From a virus, in IMG/VR virus record IMGVR_UViG_3300010430_000007, positions 32,001-96,000 of that record: DNA of 64,000 nucleotides; one strand, given 5' to 3'. The translations under genes and the position numbers were made by a program. Positions within the stretch are counted from its first letter, which is position 1. Every line of letters begins with the position of its first letter. The notes beneath the pieces are model-generated. The model worked only from the letters and a program-made list of their open reading frames with translations. It was not told the DNA's origin and did no database searches. Below, piece by piece: positions 45,115 through 55,154 of the stretch.

Positions 45115-45558
45115 ATGAATAAATACAGAGGAGAATGCTTAAACTTAAACAAAACAGTGTATGGAGATTTAATAACGGTGCAGGATACGCATAGGATTAG
45201 AGAATATTCAAGATTTACTTCTAACGAATATCTAGTAGATTCAAATACTATATCTCAATACACAGGATTGGGTGACACCAATTGTAAAGATATTTTCAAC
45301 AACGACAAAGTAGATTTCTTAGGGATGAAAGGTGAAATTTGCTTTGAGTGCGGTGCTTTTGGAATAGGCTTTGTTGACTCAATTGACTACGACCTAATTC
45401 AAAAAGAAATGGATTCTAGACATTGGTGTTGTGGAAACGAATATAGCGGAATATTTAATGATAACTTTATTTCACTATGGGAAATCTATTGGAATTTTAA
45501 ATGTGAAGAAGGGGCTGTTGACGTAGTGGAAATTTTGGAGGAGAATAATAATGGTTAA
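45115..45558 (+). CDS. yopX: YopX family protein
   Basis: KYRG...VYGDL...VDSNTISQYTGLGDTNCKDIFNNDKV pattern. Confidence 0.8.
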   Translation: MNKYRGECLNLNKTVYGDLITVQDTHRIREYSRFTSNEYLVDSNTISQYTGLGDTNCKDIFNNDKVDFLGMKGEICFECGAFGIGFVDSIDYDLIQKEMDSRHWCCGNEYSGIFNDNFISLWEIYWNFKCEEGAVDVVEILEENNNG

Positions 45559-46535
45559 AATCAAACTGAATAAAAAAGGATACGTATATAGACACTGCAA
45601 TTTACTAGAAGATAAAGACTCAGAAGTGACAATGTATTCATATGAAGAAGTAATGACTACAAAAGATTTAACAGAAAGACAAAAACAATTGCTTGAATTA
45701 GATAGAAGATGTGTGATTTTCTATGGTCTCGTAGAAACTACAGATGAAAGTAGACCTTATCACACCGTTGGTGTATATGACATTTATGAAGAACAGGTTA
45801 AAGAACTAAGTGAAGACTTGACCACTGAAAAAATAACTAAGCAATCAAATCTAGAATTAACAATTACAATTGATACTGATGGTGTGAAGAAAGAAATAAT
45901 TGACGCACTTGAGAGAAATAAAATCAGATATGATTTAGAAAATGTTAGATTGGTTAATAGTTATAAGAAGCATTACGTAGATATTTACGTTGGAGACGAT
46001 TGGATTACAGATGCAGATATTTCCGACTATATCAAAATAAACTAACCCTCCCGGGGCGTACTTATGAAATTATAGGTGCGTCTTTTATTATGTGCTTGAC
46101 AAATAGGTGAAAATATGATAGTATTAGTTGAGCTCAGAAATAATATAGAAAATCCATAAATATTTCAATAAAACACTTGACAAAACTATAAAAGTATGGT
46201 ATGATATTATTGTAAGTGAGAATAATATAAAAGAAAAGAGGGAATATATGAGTTATACACCAGAAGAAAGAGAAGTTGTATTACAATGGGATGAAGAAAG
46301 CAAACAATGGGATTTTTATAGTAGAGTTCGAACCTTCAACACTAAAGTGTCAAAACTTAAAGGATTTGAAGAATCGCATCGAGAAACTACCGAGTCTGGA
46401 GTAATTACTGAGTTAAGAGGTAAGCTACCTACCAAGTGCATCTCGTTTAGAAATCATCGAGAAAAAGTCGAGCTCTCAGATGAAGAAAGAGCAATTCGCT
46501 CTGAAAGAGCTAAGAAGAATTTTGCGAAGAAGTAA
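45551..46535 (+). other. Two hypothetical ORFs (45551-46045, 46248-46535)
   Basis: ORFs with RBS; terminator-like hairpin ~46051-46090. Confidence 0.72.
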
Positions 46536-46640
46536 ATGTACAGCAATCTCACGTTAGCTGTGAGAAGAGATAATATAATTTTGGTATTAGACTATGGCGA
46601 GACAATTAAATTGATTAGAGAAAGGACAAGGTAATGTAAA

Positions 46641-46811
46641 ATGACAGAATATTATGATGTAGACAGAGTAGTAGGTTATGTAGAAAAGAGAGAAGGATAC
46701 ATAGCGATTGAGAATGGATTTAAGAAAGGTGTTGAGACCTGTGAGTGTGGTGGCAGTTCTGATAAATATGGACGATGCGACTGGTGTGGAAAAGTTGTAG
46801 AAGAATATTAA
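46641..46811 (+). CDS. Small Zn-finger protein, 56 aa (missed by the ORF track)
   Basis: MTEYYDVD...ETCECGG...GRCDWCGKVVEEY, translated by hand. Confidence 0.6.
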   Translation: MTEYYDVDRVVGYVEKREGYIAIENGFKKGVETCECGGSSDKYGRCDWCGKVVEEY

Positions 46812-46872
46812 ACAAAACATTAATACATTCAAGTATGAATATACAAATAAAAGACAGAAAGGATGTTGAGTA

Positions 46873-49455
46873 TTGGCATTAAATAAACAAGTACACATTT
46901 ATAGTGTAGACACAACAGCATTTTATACAGACGAGGAAAAAAGAATATCAGAACCGTTATCCATACTGTATCAGAAAAGATATGAGATTAAGAAGATTTC
47001 ACAAGAAGAAAGAACTGAAGAACAAAAGAGAATATATAAGTTGATAAATAAAAGAATATCGACTATAAAAGAAAACCTTAGAAATGAGTTTAAAAGTAGC
47101 AGTGTGATTAGAGAGCTAAATGAAACTCATATGGTTGATAAGAATATTGTCTCTGTATTTGAGTCAGACTTAACAAGAACTGCACAATTCGAAACAAATG
47201 AAGTTACAGACGATATTTTAATAGTTAGAGCGTTTTATTATGATGTTTTAGAAAGTTTGATTGTTGATGGATTCATCTATAAAAATGAAAAGTATAAAAT
47301 TTTCACAGCATCGGCTGGTCAAATAAGAACAAAAAAGACTGTATTTATAAAAGAATCACTGTGGAATAAATATGAGAAGACTTTAACTTGTGGACTTACT
47401 CTAGATATTATCAATAGTCGTGGTGGAATGAATGTTAATAAATATTTAGCTTATTTAGCACTAACGAATAGTGCAACAGATTTGTGGCAAGATTTCGATA
47501 TTGACAGATGCATAGTTGTTGATGATTTTGAAACTACATTCAAAACAATGGTAGATTATATTGATGAGAAGACTTATAAAATAGATACTTTGGTCGAAAA
47601 AGATGTTACAATTCCTCATATGGATGGATGCGGGATACACTTGCCAAAAGTGAATAGAAAGCCATTCATGGTAAGAATGCCTTGGGTAAAAGGTTTATTG
47701 GTTCCAATGCAGTTTAATTCATTCGTTAGAGAAAATTTGGAAGATAATCCTAGTTGTTCAAAAATAAAAGATATTTATGGAAAAGAGTATGATATATTCA
47801 AAGATGATATACAAATCATTTTCACAAAATCTCAATTCAAGATGCACAAGTTTTACAATTCTTGGAATGAATATAAAGACAATTTTAAAAAATATAATTG
47901 TAGTGCTGGAGTTTGTAATGAGGAACCTGATAAGATTAAGAACGCTAAAATAAACTATCAGATGATGCAAACATTGGAAGATATGACAGAAGATGAATTA
48001 ATAACCGTCTGTGAAAAAATTAATTTAGATATTCACAATATATCAAGAGACAGAGATACGATGCTTAAAGTTTTAGGAGTACACGAATATAATACCGAGA
48101 AAAATAGTTTGCAACAGGCACTTGAAATATACCCCGAGCTACTTCAAGATGAACATTGTAGACAAACACTTAGGGATATTAGGAAGAAAATAGTGAAAGA
48201 AGGTAAATCTGGAAGACTTCCAGTTGATGGGAAATATACATTTTTAATACCTGACTTAGTAGCATTTTGTGAATGGCTATTCTTAGGCATAGAAAATCCA
48301 AAAGGAATACTCGAAGACGGTGAGGTTAGCTGTAAAATGTATTCGGATGAAAAAGAATTAGATGTCTTAAGGGCTCCTCACTTATACATGGAGCATGCAA
48401 TAAGAAAGAACATAATCAATAAAGATACAAAAAGATGGTTTATTTCCAAAGGAATATATACGAGTGCACATGACCCAATTTCTAGAATACTCCAATTTGA
48501 TGTAGATGGTGATAAATCATTGGTTGTGCAGGACGAAACCATTATTAATGTAGCCAAAAGAAATATAAAAAAACATAATATTGTGCCTCTTTATTATGAT
48601 ATGGGCAAAGCAAATCCAGAGAAATTGAGTAATAGTGTATTATACAAAGGTATGATTAACGCATATTCAGGAGGAAACATAGGAGCTATTTCAAATGATA
48701 TCACTAAAATATGGAATAGCGATGGAGACATAAAAGAAAAACTCACTGTGATTAGATACTTATGCATGGAGAATAATTTTGTAATTGATTACGCAAAAAC
48801 ATTGTATAAGCCAACTCGACCAGATGATATAAATGAGCTAATAAGAAGTTACACTAAATCAAAAACTCCAAAATTCTTTATGTATGCAAAAGATAAGAAT
48901 GAACACCAAGTAGAATGCATAAATACATCTACAGTTAACAAGCTTGAGAACATAGTCAAAAACAAGCCATTTAAATTTAACAGTGAACAATTAGGAAAAT
49001 TTGATTTTAAAAAATTAAAGAAGAACAAGATAAGAAAAATAAAAGACTCAGACAAAGATTTAATTGATGCTTATGTAAAGTTGAATAGAAACAAAAATAG
49101 ATTTGACTACAATACAAACACATACACTTATACTTATAATAAAATAAGGAATGAATTGTTAAATTTTAACAATGATGTTTATGATTTGCTTGATGTTTTA
49201 ATTGAATATCTATTTCCAAAAAAGTGCAGTAAGCTCTTATTATTTGAGTGTTTTGGGGATGAGATTGTTAATAATTTAAATAATAATATTGATAAGAAAA
49301 TTGGAAAGAATTATATAATGTGTAAGGAATGTGGAAAAAGAGTTGAAAAAGAAAACAATAGAACTATTTATTGCAAACTGTGTTCAGAAAAAATACAACA
49401 AGAACAAAAAAACAGGTGGAAAAGAGAAAATTGGCTTGTTAAGGAAGAAAAATAG
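46873..49455 (+). CDS. yonO: YonO-type single-subunit DNA-dependent RNA polymerase
   Basis: LNKQVHIYSVDT, SAGQIRTKK, DGCG, FMVRMPWVKGLL, FTKSQFKM, LRAPHL, catalytic QFDVDGD, C-terminal Zn ribbon; closely follows SPbeta YonO as I recall it. Confidence 0.93.
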   Translation: MALNKQVHIYSVDTTAFYTDEEKRISEPLSILYQKRYEIKKISQEERTEEQKRIYKLINKRISTIKENLRNEFKSSSVIRELNETHMVDKNIVSVFESDLTRTAQFETNEVTDDILIVRAFYYDVLESLIVDGFIYKNEKYKIFTASAGQIRTKKTVFIKESLWNKYEKTLTCGLTLDIINSRGGMNVNKYLAYLALTNSATDLWQDFDIDRCIVVDDFETTFKTMVDYIDEKTYKIDTLVEKDVTIPHMDGCGIHLPKVNRKPFMVRMPWVKGLLVPMQFNSFVRENLEDNPSCSKIKDIYGKEYDIFKDDIQIIFTKSQFKMHKFYNSWNEYKDNFKKYNCSAGVCNEEPDKIKNAKINYQMMQTLEDMTEDELITVCEKINLDIHNISRDRDTMLKVLGVHEYNTEKNSLQQALEIYPELLQDEHCRQTLRDIRKKIVKEGKSGRLPVDGKYTFLIPDLVAFCEWLFLGIENPKGILEDGEVSCKMYSDEKELDVLRAPHLYMEHAIRKNIINKDTKRWFISKGIYTSAHDPISRILQFDVDGDKSLVVQDETIINVAKRNIKKHNIVPLYYDMGKANPEKLSNSVLYKGMINAYSGGNIGAISNDITKIWNSDGDIKEKLTVIRYLCMENNFVIDYAKTLYKPTRPDDINELIRSYTKSKTPKFFMYAKDKNEHQVECINTSTVNKLENIVKNKPFKFNSEQLGKFDFKKLKKNKIRKIKDSDKDLIDAYVKLNRNKNRFDYNTNTYTYTYNKIRNELLNFNNDVYDLLDVLIEYLFPKKCSKLLLFECFGDEIVNNLNNNIDKKIGKNYIMCKECGKRVEKENNRTIYCKLCSEKIQQEQKNRWKRENWLVKEEK

Positions 49456-49686
49456 AAATGCCTTTGAGTCATTGAAATCACTACAATCTTTACTTATTAA
49501 GAATCGTGCAATTGCAATACATGTAGCCGAACCCATTGCAATTACTAAGTTCTTTATGAAATATTGATAAGAATCGATTGGAACTTAGGGAAGAAAGAGT
49601 CTACATTTGCTCCAATCTACAAATATATTCAGGAATTGTAGATTCGAGTATTCCTAAACAAAAATGGAGAGAAAGAGGTAAACAAT

Positions 49687-49959
49687 ATGAACAGAGCAGA
49701 ATTAGTAAAAGAGTACGCAGAACGAATGGACATGAAACAAACAGAGTCAAAAGTAGCTATTGAAACTTTAGAGTCAATTATATTATCAGTGCAAGATTTA
49801 AAAGATGAAAATGAGAGCGTTAAATTTGCTAATGCGACATTTAGTTCGAAGTTCGTTGAGGACAAATCTGGTGAGGTTAACGGTAAGCCATATCACACAC
49901 CAGCACATCACGAAGGAACCGTGAAGAGAACTGGTAAAATGAAAGATATGTATAAGTAG
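49687..49959 (+). CDS. HU-like DNA-binding protein (YonN-like position)
   Basis: MNRAELVKEYAERMDM...ESVKF...F...G...G...HTPAH; directly after YonO. Confidence 0.75.
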   Translation: MNRAELVKEYAERMDMKQTESKVAIETLESIILSVQDLKDENESVKFANATFSSKFVEDKSGEVNGKPYHTPAHHEGTVKRTGKMKDMYK

Positions 49960-50091
49960 AAAACCAACGGAGAGTTGATTAATTTCGGCTCTCCTACAAT
50001 AATATATTGAAACATACTTTGGAGAGAGTGTGCGTTTGAGTATATTGTAGAAATACAAAATAAACAACCAATTATACAGAAATGAAAGGAA

Positions 50092-50496
50092 TTGGTGAAG
50101 AAAATGTGTAATAAATATCAAGAACATTCAAAAACTAAAGACTATTCTAAAAAGGATTTGGTTGACAAATGCAATCTAATCAACACGGATTACACAGGAA
50201 AAATAAAAAATAAGCAATGCTTAGTGTGCAGAAATGGTTGCCCAGATATGCAGTTTAAATTAACTGGAGAATGCAATAACTTCAATCCAAGAATGACACT
50301 CAGAGAATTAAATAGAGAAATTTCAATTCAAAATGTTAATCTTAGAAAACTATGCAAAAAGCATGGGCTTAAATATGGAAAATTAAAAGACATGCTCTCA
50401 AATCGCAGAGCGTTATTATACGATTACTATACAATATTAGAAAATAGGCTTAATGAAAAGTATGAATTTATAGAATACATTCAGAAAGAGGCTTAG
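50092..50496 (+). CDS. Hypothetical protein with Cys cluster and possible HTH
   Basis: CLVCRNGC; LRKLCKKHGLKYGKLKDMLS. Confidence 0.6.
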   Translation: MVKKMCNKYQEHSKTKDYSKKDLVDKCNLINTDYTGKIKNKQCLVCRNGCPDMQFKLTGECNNFNPRMTLRELNREISIQNVNLRKLCKKHGLKYGKLKDMLSNRRALLYDYYTILENRLNEKYEFIEYIQKEA

Positions 50497-51936
50497 ATGT
50501 GTAAGAATAAAACTAAAAAGAAAATAGACAACAATTATATAAAAATGCTAGGAGAATCTTCCGAAGCAGTCACTGGAAGTCAATTCCTTGTTCAGTGGGC
50601 GGGATACAAAATATTATTGGAGTGTGGTTTTTACCAAAGCAACTGCGTTGAAAAAGACTATATGGTGAACGCGTCTAACTTTAATTTTAAAGCGAAAGAA
50701 ATTGATTTCGTGTTCTTACTCCACAATCATTGCGATCATGTGGGAAAAACTCCAAAGTTATACAAGGATGGATATGCTGGCAAAATATTAATGCCTGTTA
50801 AATCCAAGCCAATTACAAAGATTATGCTTGAGGATTCTGCACATATAATAGAAAAAGACAGAACATTTCTAAACAAACGTTATAAAAAGAAATTAAATCC
50901 AATTTATACTACAGAAGATGTAGATAGAACTATTAATAATATAGTTGAATATGATTTAGAAGTCGAGCATAAAATAAACGATAATATTAGTTTTATCATG
51001 TATCCAAGTCAGCATGTACTTGGCTCTGCACAATTACTATTAATATTAACTCAAGGTGGAAAAAGAAAGAAGATATTATATACATCTGATTTAGGAAACA
51101 CTAAATTTGGTCATACACCGTACGCTTCTGATTTTGCACCTGTAAAGAACGCGAATATAGTTTTGGGTGAGAGCACCTACGGGTCGTCTAAAAAGTCATG
51201 TAGGTCTAAAAAAGACAGGGATAAAGATATAGAAAAGATTAAGTCAGCCGTAAATCAATTTGTTATTGATAATAAAGCGAAATTACTAATCCCAGCATTT
51301 AGTTTTCATAGAACTCAAATAATGCTTAAATATATCTATGACTTGTATCAAGACCACCCAGAAGATTTTGATGTCGTTATCGACTCACCAATGGCTATAA
51401 AAGTGACAAAAGAATTCTCTAATTTATTAGAAGGTCAAGAAAAAATAGAATTTGACAAAATGATGAGTTGGAAGAAGCTAAAATTTGTAGATGATTGGGA
51501 AGCAAGTGAAATGTGTGCTAAAAGTGATAAACCAATGGTTATTATTTCGGCTTCAGGAATGATGTCGGCAGGTAGAGTGGTAAACCATACTGCTCATATT
51601 ATAGAGGATGAGAAATCAGCTATAATGATTTGTGGATATGCATCTCCAAATACAATGGCGGGTGTTATCAGAGAAGGTAAAAAGAAATATATTAAAATTG
51701 GTGAAGAAACTTATAAAAACAAAGCACAATTGATTCAACTTAGAACAATGAGTTCGCATATGCAACACGGAGAATTATTAAAGTATTACAGTGGGATTAA
51801 TTATGATTCACTTTATCTTGTGCATGGAAATGGAGATAGAGCTGAATTCAGAGATGAAATAGAAGAAAAATTAAGAAGTAAGAATAAGACTTCATCTGTA
51901 TTTTTAGGTGAAAAAGATTTGATAATAGAACTATAA
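50497..51936 (+). CDS. MBL-fold beta-CASP nuclease (YSH1/CPSF-73-like)
   Basis: LECG, HNHCDH, HVLGSA, YTSDLG, ESTYG, IPAFS, SASGM...GR, SSHMQH, LVHG. Confidence 0.9.
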   Translation: MCKNKTKKKIDNNYIKMLGESSEAVTGSQFLVQWAGYKILLECGFYQSNCVEKDYMVNASNFNFKAKEIDFVFLLHNHCDHVGKTPKLYKDGYAGKILMPVKSKPITKIMLEDSAHIIEKDRTFLNKRYKKKLNPIYTTEDVDRTINNIVEYDLEVEHKINDNISFIMYPSQHVLGSAQLLLILTQGGKRKKILYTSDLGNTKFGHTPYASDFAPVKNANIVLGESTYGSSKKSCRSKKDRDKDIEKIKSAVNQFVIDNKAKLLIPAFSFHRTQIMLKYIYDLYQDHPEDFDVVIDSPMAIKVTKEFSNLLEGQEKIEFDKMMSWKKLKFVDDWEASEMCAKSDKPMVIISASGMMSAGRVVNHTAHIIEDEKSAIMICGYASPNTMAGVIREGKKKYIKIGEETYKNKAQLIQLRTMSSHMQHGELLKYYSGINYDSLYLVHGNGDRAEFRDEIEEKLRSKNKTSSVFLGEKDLIIEL

Positions 51937-52003
51937 GAGGTTGTGCACCGTCGTGAGACAGGAGCTTCTAATCTCAAATAAATGCGAAGGAGAGAGCGTA
52001 TAT

Positions 52004-52867
52004 ATGGATAGAAGAGATAGGATGACACTGTCTGCGATACAAAATAGAAAGAAAAACAAAGGTAGTTATAGAGAGGTATTTAACAACATTATTGGACTAG
52101 TTTTATCAAGAGACGAGAGTAGAAAGCAATTAAAAGGCGTTGAGAACTATCTAAATTACAAGCTAGAAAACGATGAAAAAGTAAAGGAAACTGATGATAT
52201 TAAGCCAAGATTAGTTGTGAGTGACTTGCATTTACCTTTCGCAGTGGACGGGTGGTTAGATTTTATCATCAATACTCATGAGAAATACAACTGCCACGAG
52301 GAATTAATTATTAATGGCGATTTACTAGACCTTCACCAATATTCATTCCACGCTTCTGAAACAGATGCTATGAGTGGAATAGACGAATTCGAAAAAGCAA
52401 AAGAAGATATCCAGAAATTAGTAAGTGCATTCCCAAAAGTAAAATTAACTATGGGCAATCATGATTTCATAATTATTAGAAGAATGAAAGAAATTGGTAT
52501 TGACCAAAGATTCATGAAGACATTTCATGAGTTGTTAGACTTACCTGACACTTGGGAGATAGCTGATGATTTTATTGTAGATAATGTTTATTACAAGCAC
52601 ATTGGATGTTGTGGTGGTAAAACTGGACACATCAATAGCGCAATATCAAATAGAATGAGTACAGTTTCATCACATCTTCACGCAAACGGAGGAATTAGTT
52701 ATGTAACTAGTCCGACAGGTGAAAGTATCTTTGGATTAAACACAGGTGCTTTGGTTGATGATAATGCATATGCTTTGAGATATGGAAAACATAGTAGATT
52801 CAAGAGTACATTAGGATGCGGACTTGTTTATTCTAATAAAGAAGCATACTTCGTTCCAAAAATTTAA
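52004..52867 (+). CDS. Calcineurin-like metallophosphoesterase
   Basis: SDLH, NGDLLD, GNHD, HLH motifs; RBS supports ATG 52004. Confidence 0.88.
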   Translation: MDRRDRMTLSAIQNRKKNKGSYREVFNNIIGLVLSRDESRKQLKGVENYLNYKLENDEKVKETDDIKPRLVVSDLHLPFAVDGWLDFIINTHEKYNCHEELIINGDLLDLHQYSFHASETDAMSGIDEFEKAKEDIQKLVSAFPKVKLTMGNHDFIIIRRMKEIGIDQRFMKTFHELLDLPDTWEIADDFIVDNVYYKHIGCCGGKTGHINSAISNRMSTVSSHLHANGGISYVTSPTGESIFGLNTGALVDDNAYALRYGKHSRFKSTLGCGLVYSNKEAYFVPKI

Positions 52868-52938
52868 TAAGATAAAACAAAGAGTGTATCAATTTAGGTA
52901 CACTCTATTTATATTTGCAAGAAAGGAGAGACTTGCAT

Positions 52939-53538
52939 ATGACACAATTTTTACAAACAAGAGACCCAATTATTCAAGATATTTTATTAAACGCACAGCA
53001 GTTTGAGCGAAAAGTTTATATCATTGAAGAATTTGATAGAGAGTCTATTTTTAAAGTTATTAGAGCCATTGAAAAGATAGTTGAAGTTGATTCTTTTGAT
53101 GAGATTAAACCTGAAGACGCTGAACCGATTTGGCTAATGTTAGATTCGTATGGAGGATGCTTACATTCATGCTTTGGATTAATTTCTACAATTAGACGTT
53201 TTCAGAAAATTGGATATAAGTTTTATACTGTAGATATGGCTAGAAGTATGTCTGCTTCGTTTTATGTAGCTATGACTGGTGATAAAAGATTTGCATATGA
53301 ATTGTCTAGTTTAATGGTTCATGACCAAAGAGCGTTTGAATATGGATATAAAACAGTAAGAGATAAGAGAGTTGAACTTAAGGAATGGGAAAAAGAATGG
53401 AATATACTAATTGAACTAGTTGAAGAATACACTTTAATCACAAGAGAACAACTTGAATGGTATGTTGAGCGTGGATTAGACTGGAATATGACTTCACAAG
53501 AGGCAATAGAGCTTGGAGTCATCGACGAAATTCTATAG
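52939..53538 (+). CDS. clpP: ClpP-like serine protease
   Basis: LDSYGG, ARSMSA (catalytic Ser), LMVHDQ (His), DWNMTSQEAIELGVIDEI. Confidence 0.82.
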   Translation: MTQFLQTRDPIIQDILLNAQQFERKVYIIEEFDRESIFKVIRAIEKIVEVDSFDEIKPEDAEPIWLMLDSYGGCLHSCFGLISTIRRFQKIGYKFYTVDMARSMSASFYVAMTGDKRFAYELSSLMVHDQRAFEYGYKTVRDKRVELKEWEKEWNILIELVEEYTLITREQLEWYVERGLDWNMTSQEAIELGVIDEIL

Positions 53539-53549
53539 GAGGAGAGACT

Positions 53550-53918
53550 ATGGAAGATAGATTACAAAATAAAGAAATCGAAGCACAACAAGTGGAAATG
53601 ACTGAAGAAGATTTGATGAAGTTGTTAGCTGGCGGAGATTCAACTCAACAGCAGACTGAGTTTATTTTTCAACCAGTAGAGTTTGATGATGAGCAGTTAA
53701 ATGAAATTGTTAATACCAAAGAATTTATTGAAGGTTCTGCTATTGGAGCAAGATTAGCGGGAATCTACTGCACAATGACAAACTTGGGTGTTGATGTCAG
53801 AACAGTATCAGATTTATTAATTAATCTTCAAACGCTTGAGAAAAATCAAGAGTTACAGAAGGTGGTAAATGAAGGGTATAGATATCAATCGCAAGTAGGA
53901 AAACAACAGCAATTATAG
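53550..53918 (+). CDS. Hypothetical protein, 122 aa
   Basis: ORF with RBS GGAGGAG. Confidence 0.75.
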   Translation: MEDRLQNKEIEAQQVEMTEEDLMKLLAGGDSTQQQTEFIFQPVEFDDEQLNEIVNTKEFIEGSAIGARLAGIYCTMTNLGVDVRTVSDLLINLQTLEKNQELQKVVNEGYRYQSQVGKQQQL

Positions 53919-54170
53919 TTAACAACATGTGGGAGACTAACCATCTCCCACTTACAATGAAATACGAATTTTATCGTACTTTTATACATATCTCAGGGAG
54001 GCTTTTACCGTTGTGTGAACTCTCTCTCCGACATTTCGGTGAGGGTAGCTTTGGGGTATGTATATGAGTATGATTGTAACACAGGATAGAGAATGCAACT
54101 CGAAAGCATAGCAACCTACTATGTTTCCTGTGTTTATTATAATAGGGGATTATCTGAGGAGATGATTGGG

Positions 54171-55154
54171 ATGAAGAAGAAAACGGAAGAAGAGTTTGTA
54201 ACTGAATCTAAAAATATTCATGATGATTTTTATACTTATGACAAAGTAGAGTATATAAACACAAGAACCAAAGTTATAATAACATGTCCAGAGCATGGAG
54301 ATTTTAAACAAACTCCATCAAGCCACTTAAGTGGAAGTGGGTGCTCTGAATGTAGAAAGTCTAAACTTAGTAATAGATTTCGATTGAAAAAAGAAGATGT
54401 AATTGAAAATATAAAAACAGCGAATAGCAATATAGGTATAAAAGAGTTTGATTATTTAAATTGCAAAGTTAAAATACCTGTGTTTTGCAAAAAGTGTGGT
54501 TACGAATGGAGCACACAATATGGGGTATTATTAAATGGTCATGGCTGTCCAAAGTGTGCAGGGAATGTTAAAACCGAGTTTAAAGATTTGGAAGAGATTA
54601 TTAAAAATACAAAATTAAATGCAATTATATTAAGCAAAGAAAATGAATATAAAAATTCTTCAACCAAAGTTTTATTAAGTTGTAATATTTGTAACGAGTC
54701 TTGGAGCACTACATATTCAAAAATAAAATATGGATACGGCTGTCCAAAATGTTCATTAATAGGAAGAAGTGGCAAGAGGCACTATAACTACAATGAAAAT
54801 TTAACAAGAGAGCATAGAGAAGGAAAAAGACTTGGAGATGGTTCTGACAACCAAGATAAATGGAGAAGGAAAGTTTTTAAAAGAGATAAATACACTTGTT
54901 TTATTACAGGAAGAGCGGGAGGTTCGTTAAGAGCTCATCATTTAGACGGATACAATTGGAATGAAAATGGTAGATTTGACATAAATAATGGAATAACTTT
55001 AACATGTGAAATTCATAATGACTTCCATAGAATATATAAAAAAGGAAACAATACGAAGGAACAATTTGCAGAATATTGTAAAATATATCACAATATAAAT
55101 TTTGAAGAAAAATATAATGAGCTATTGAGTCAATATGAGAGAGGTGATTTATAA
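54171..55154 (+). CDS. Homing endonuclease: Zn-ribbon (CPEHG/CPKC) repeats plus C-terminal HNH
   Basis: Repeated Y...TKV.I.C..HG/GCPKC units; RAHHLDGY...NGITLTCEIHNDFH; RBS GAGGAG supports ATG 54171. Confidence 0.85.
   Translation: MKKKTEEEFVTESKNIHDDFYTYDKVEYINTRTKVIITCPEHGDFKQTPSSHLSGSGCSECRKSKLSNRFRLKKEDVIENIKTANSNIGIKEFDYLNCKVKIPVFCKKCGYEWSTQYGVLLNGHGCPKCAGNVKTEFKDLEEIIKNTKLNAIILSKENEYKNSSTKVLLSCNICNESWSTTYSKIKYGYGCPKCSLIGRSGKRHYNYNENLTREHREGKRLGDGSDNQDKWRRKVFKRDKYTCFITGRAGGSLRAHHLDGYNWNENGRFDINNGITLTCEIHNDFHRIYKKGNNTKEQFAEYCKIYHNINFEEKYNELLSQYERGDL

Noticed and set aside
53929-55154. IscB/HEARO (omega RNA) system
   Set aside because: The protein has Zn-ribbon repeats and a terminal HNH but no PLMP or RuvC motifs.
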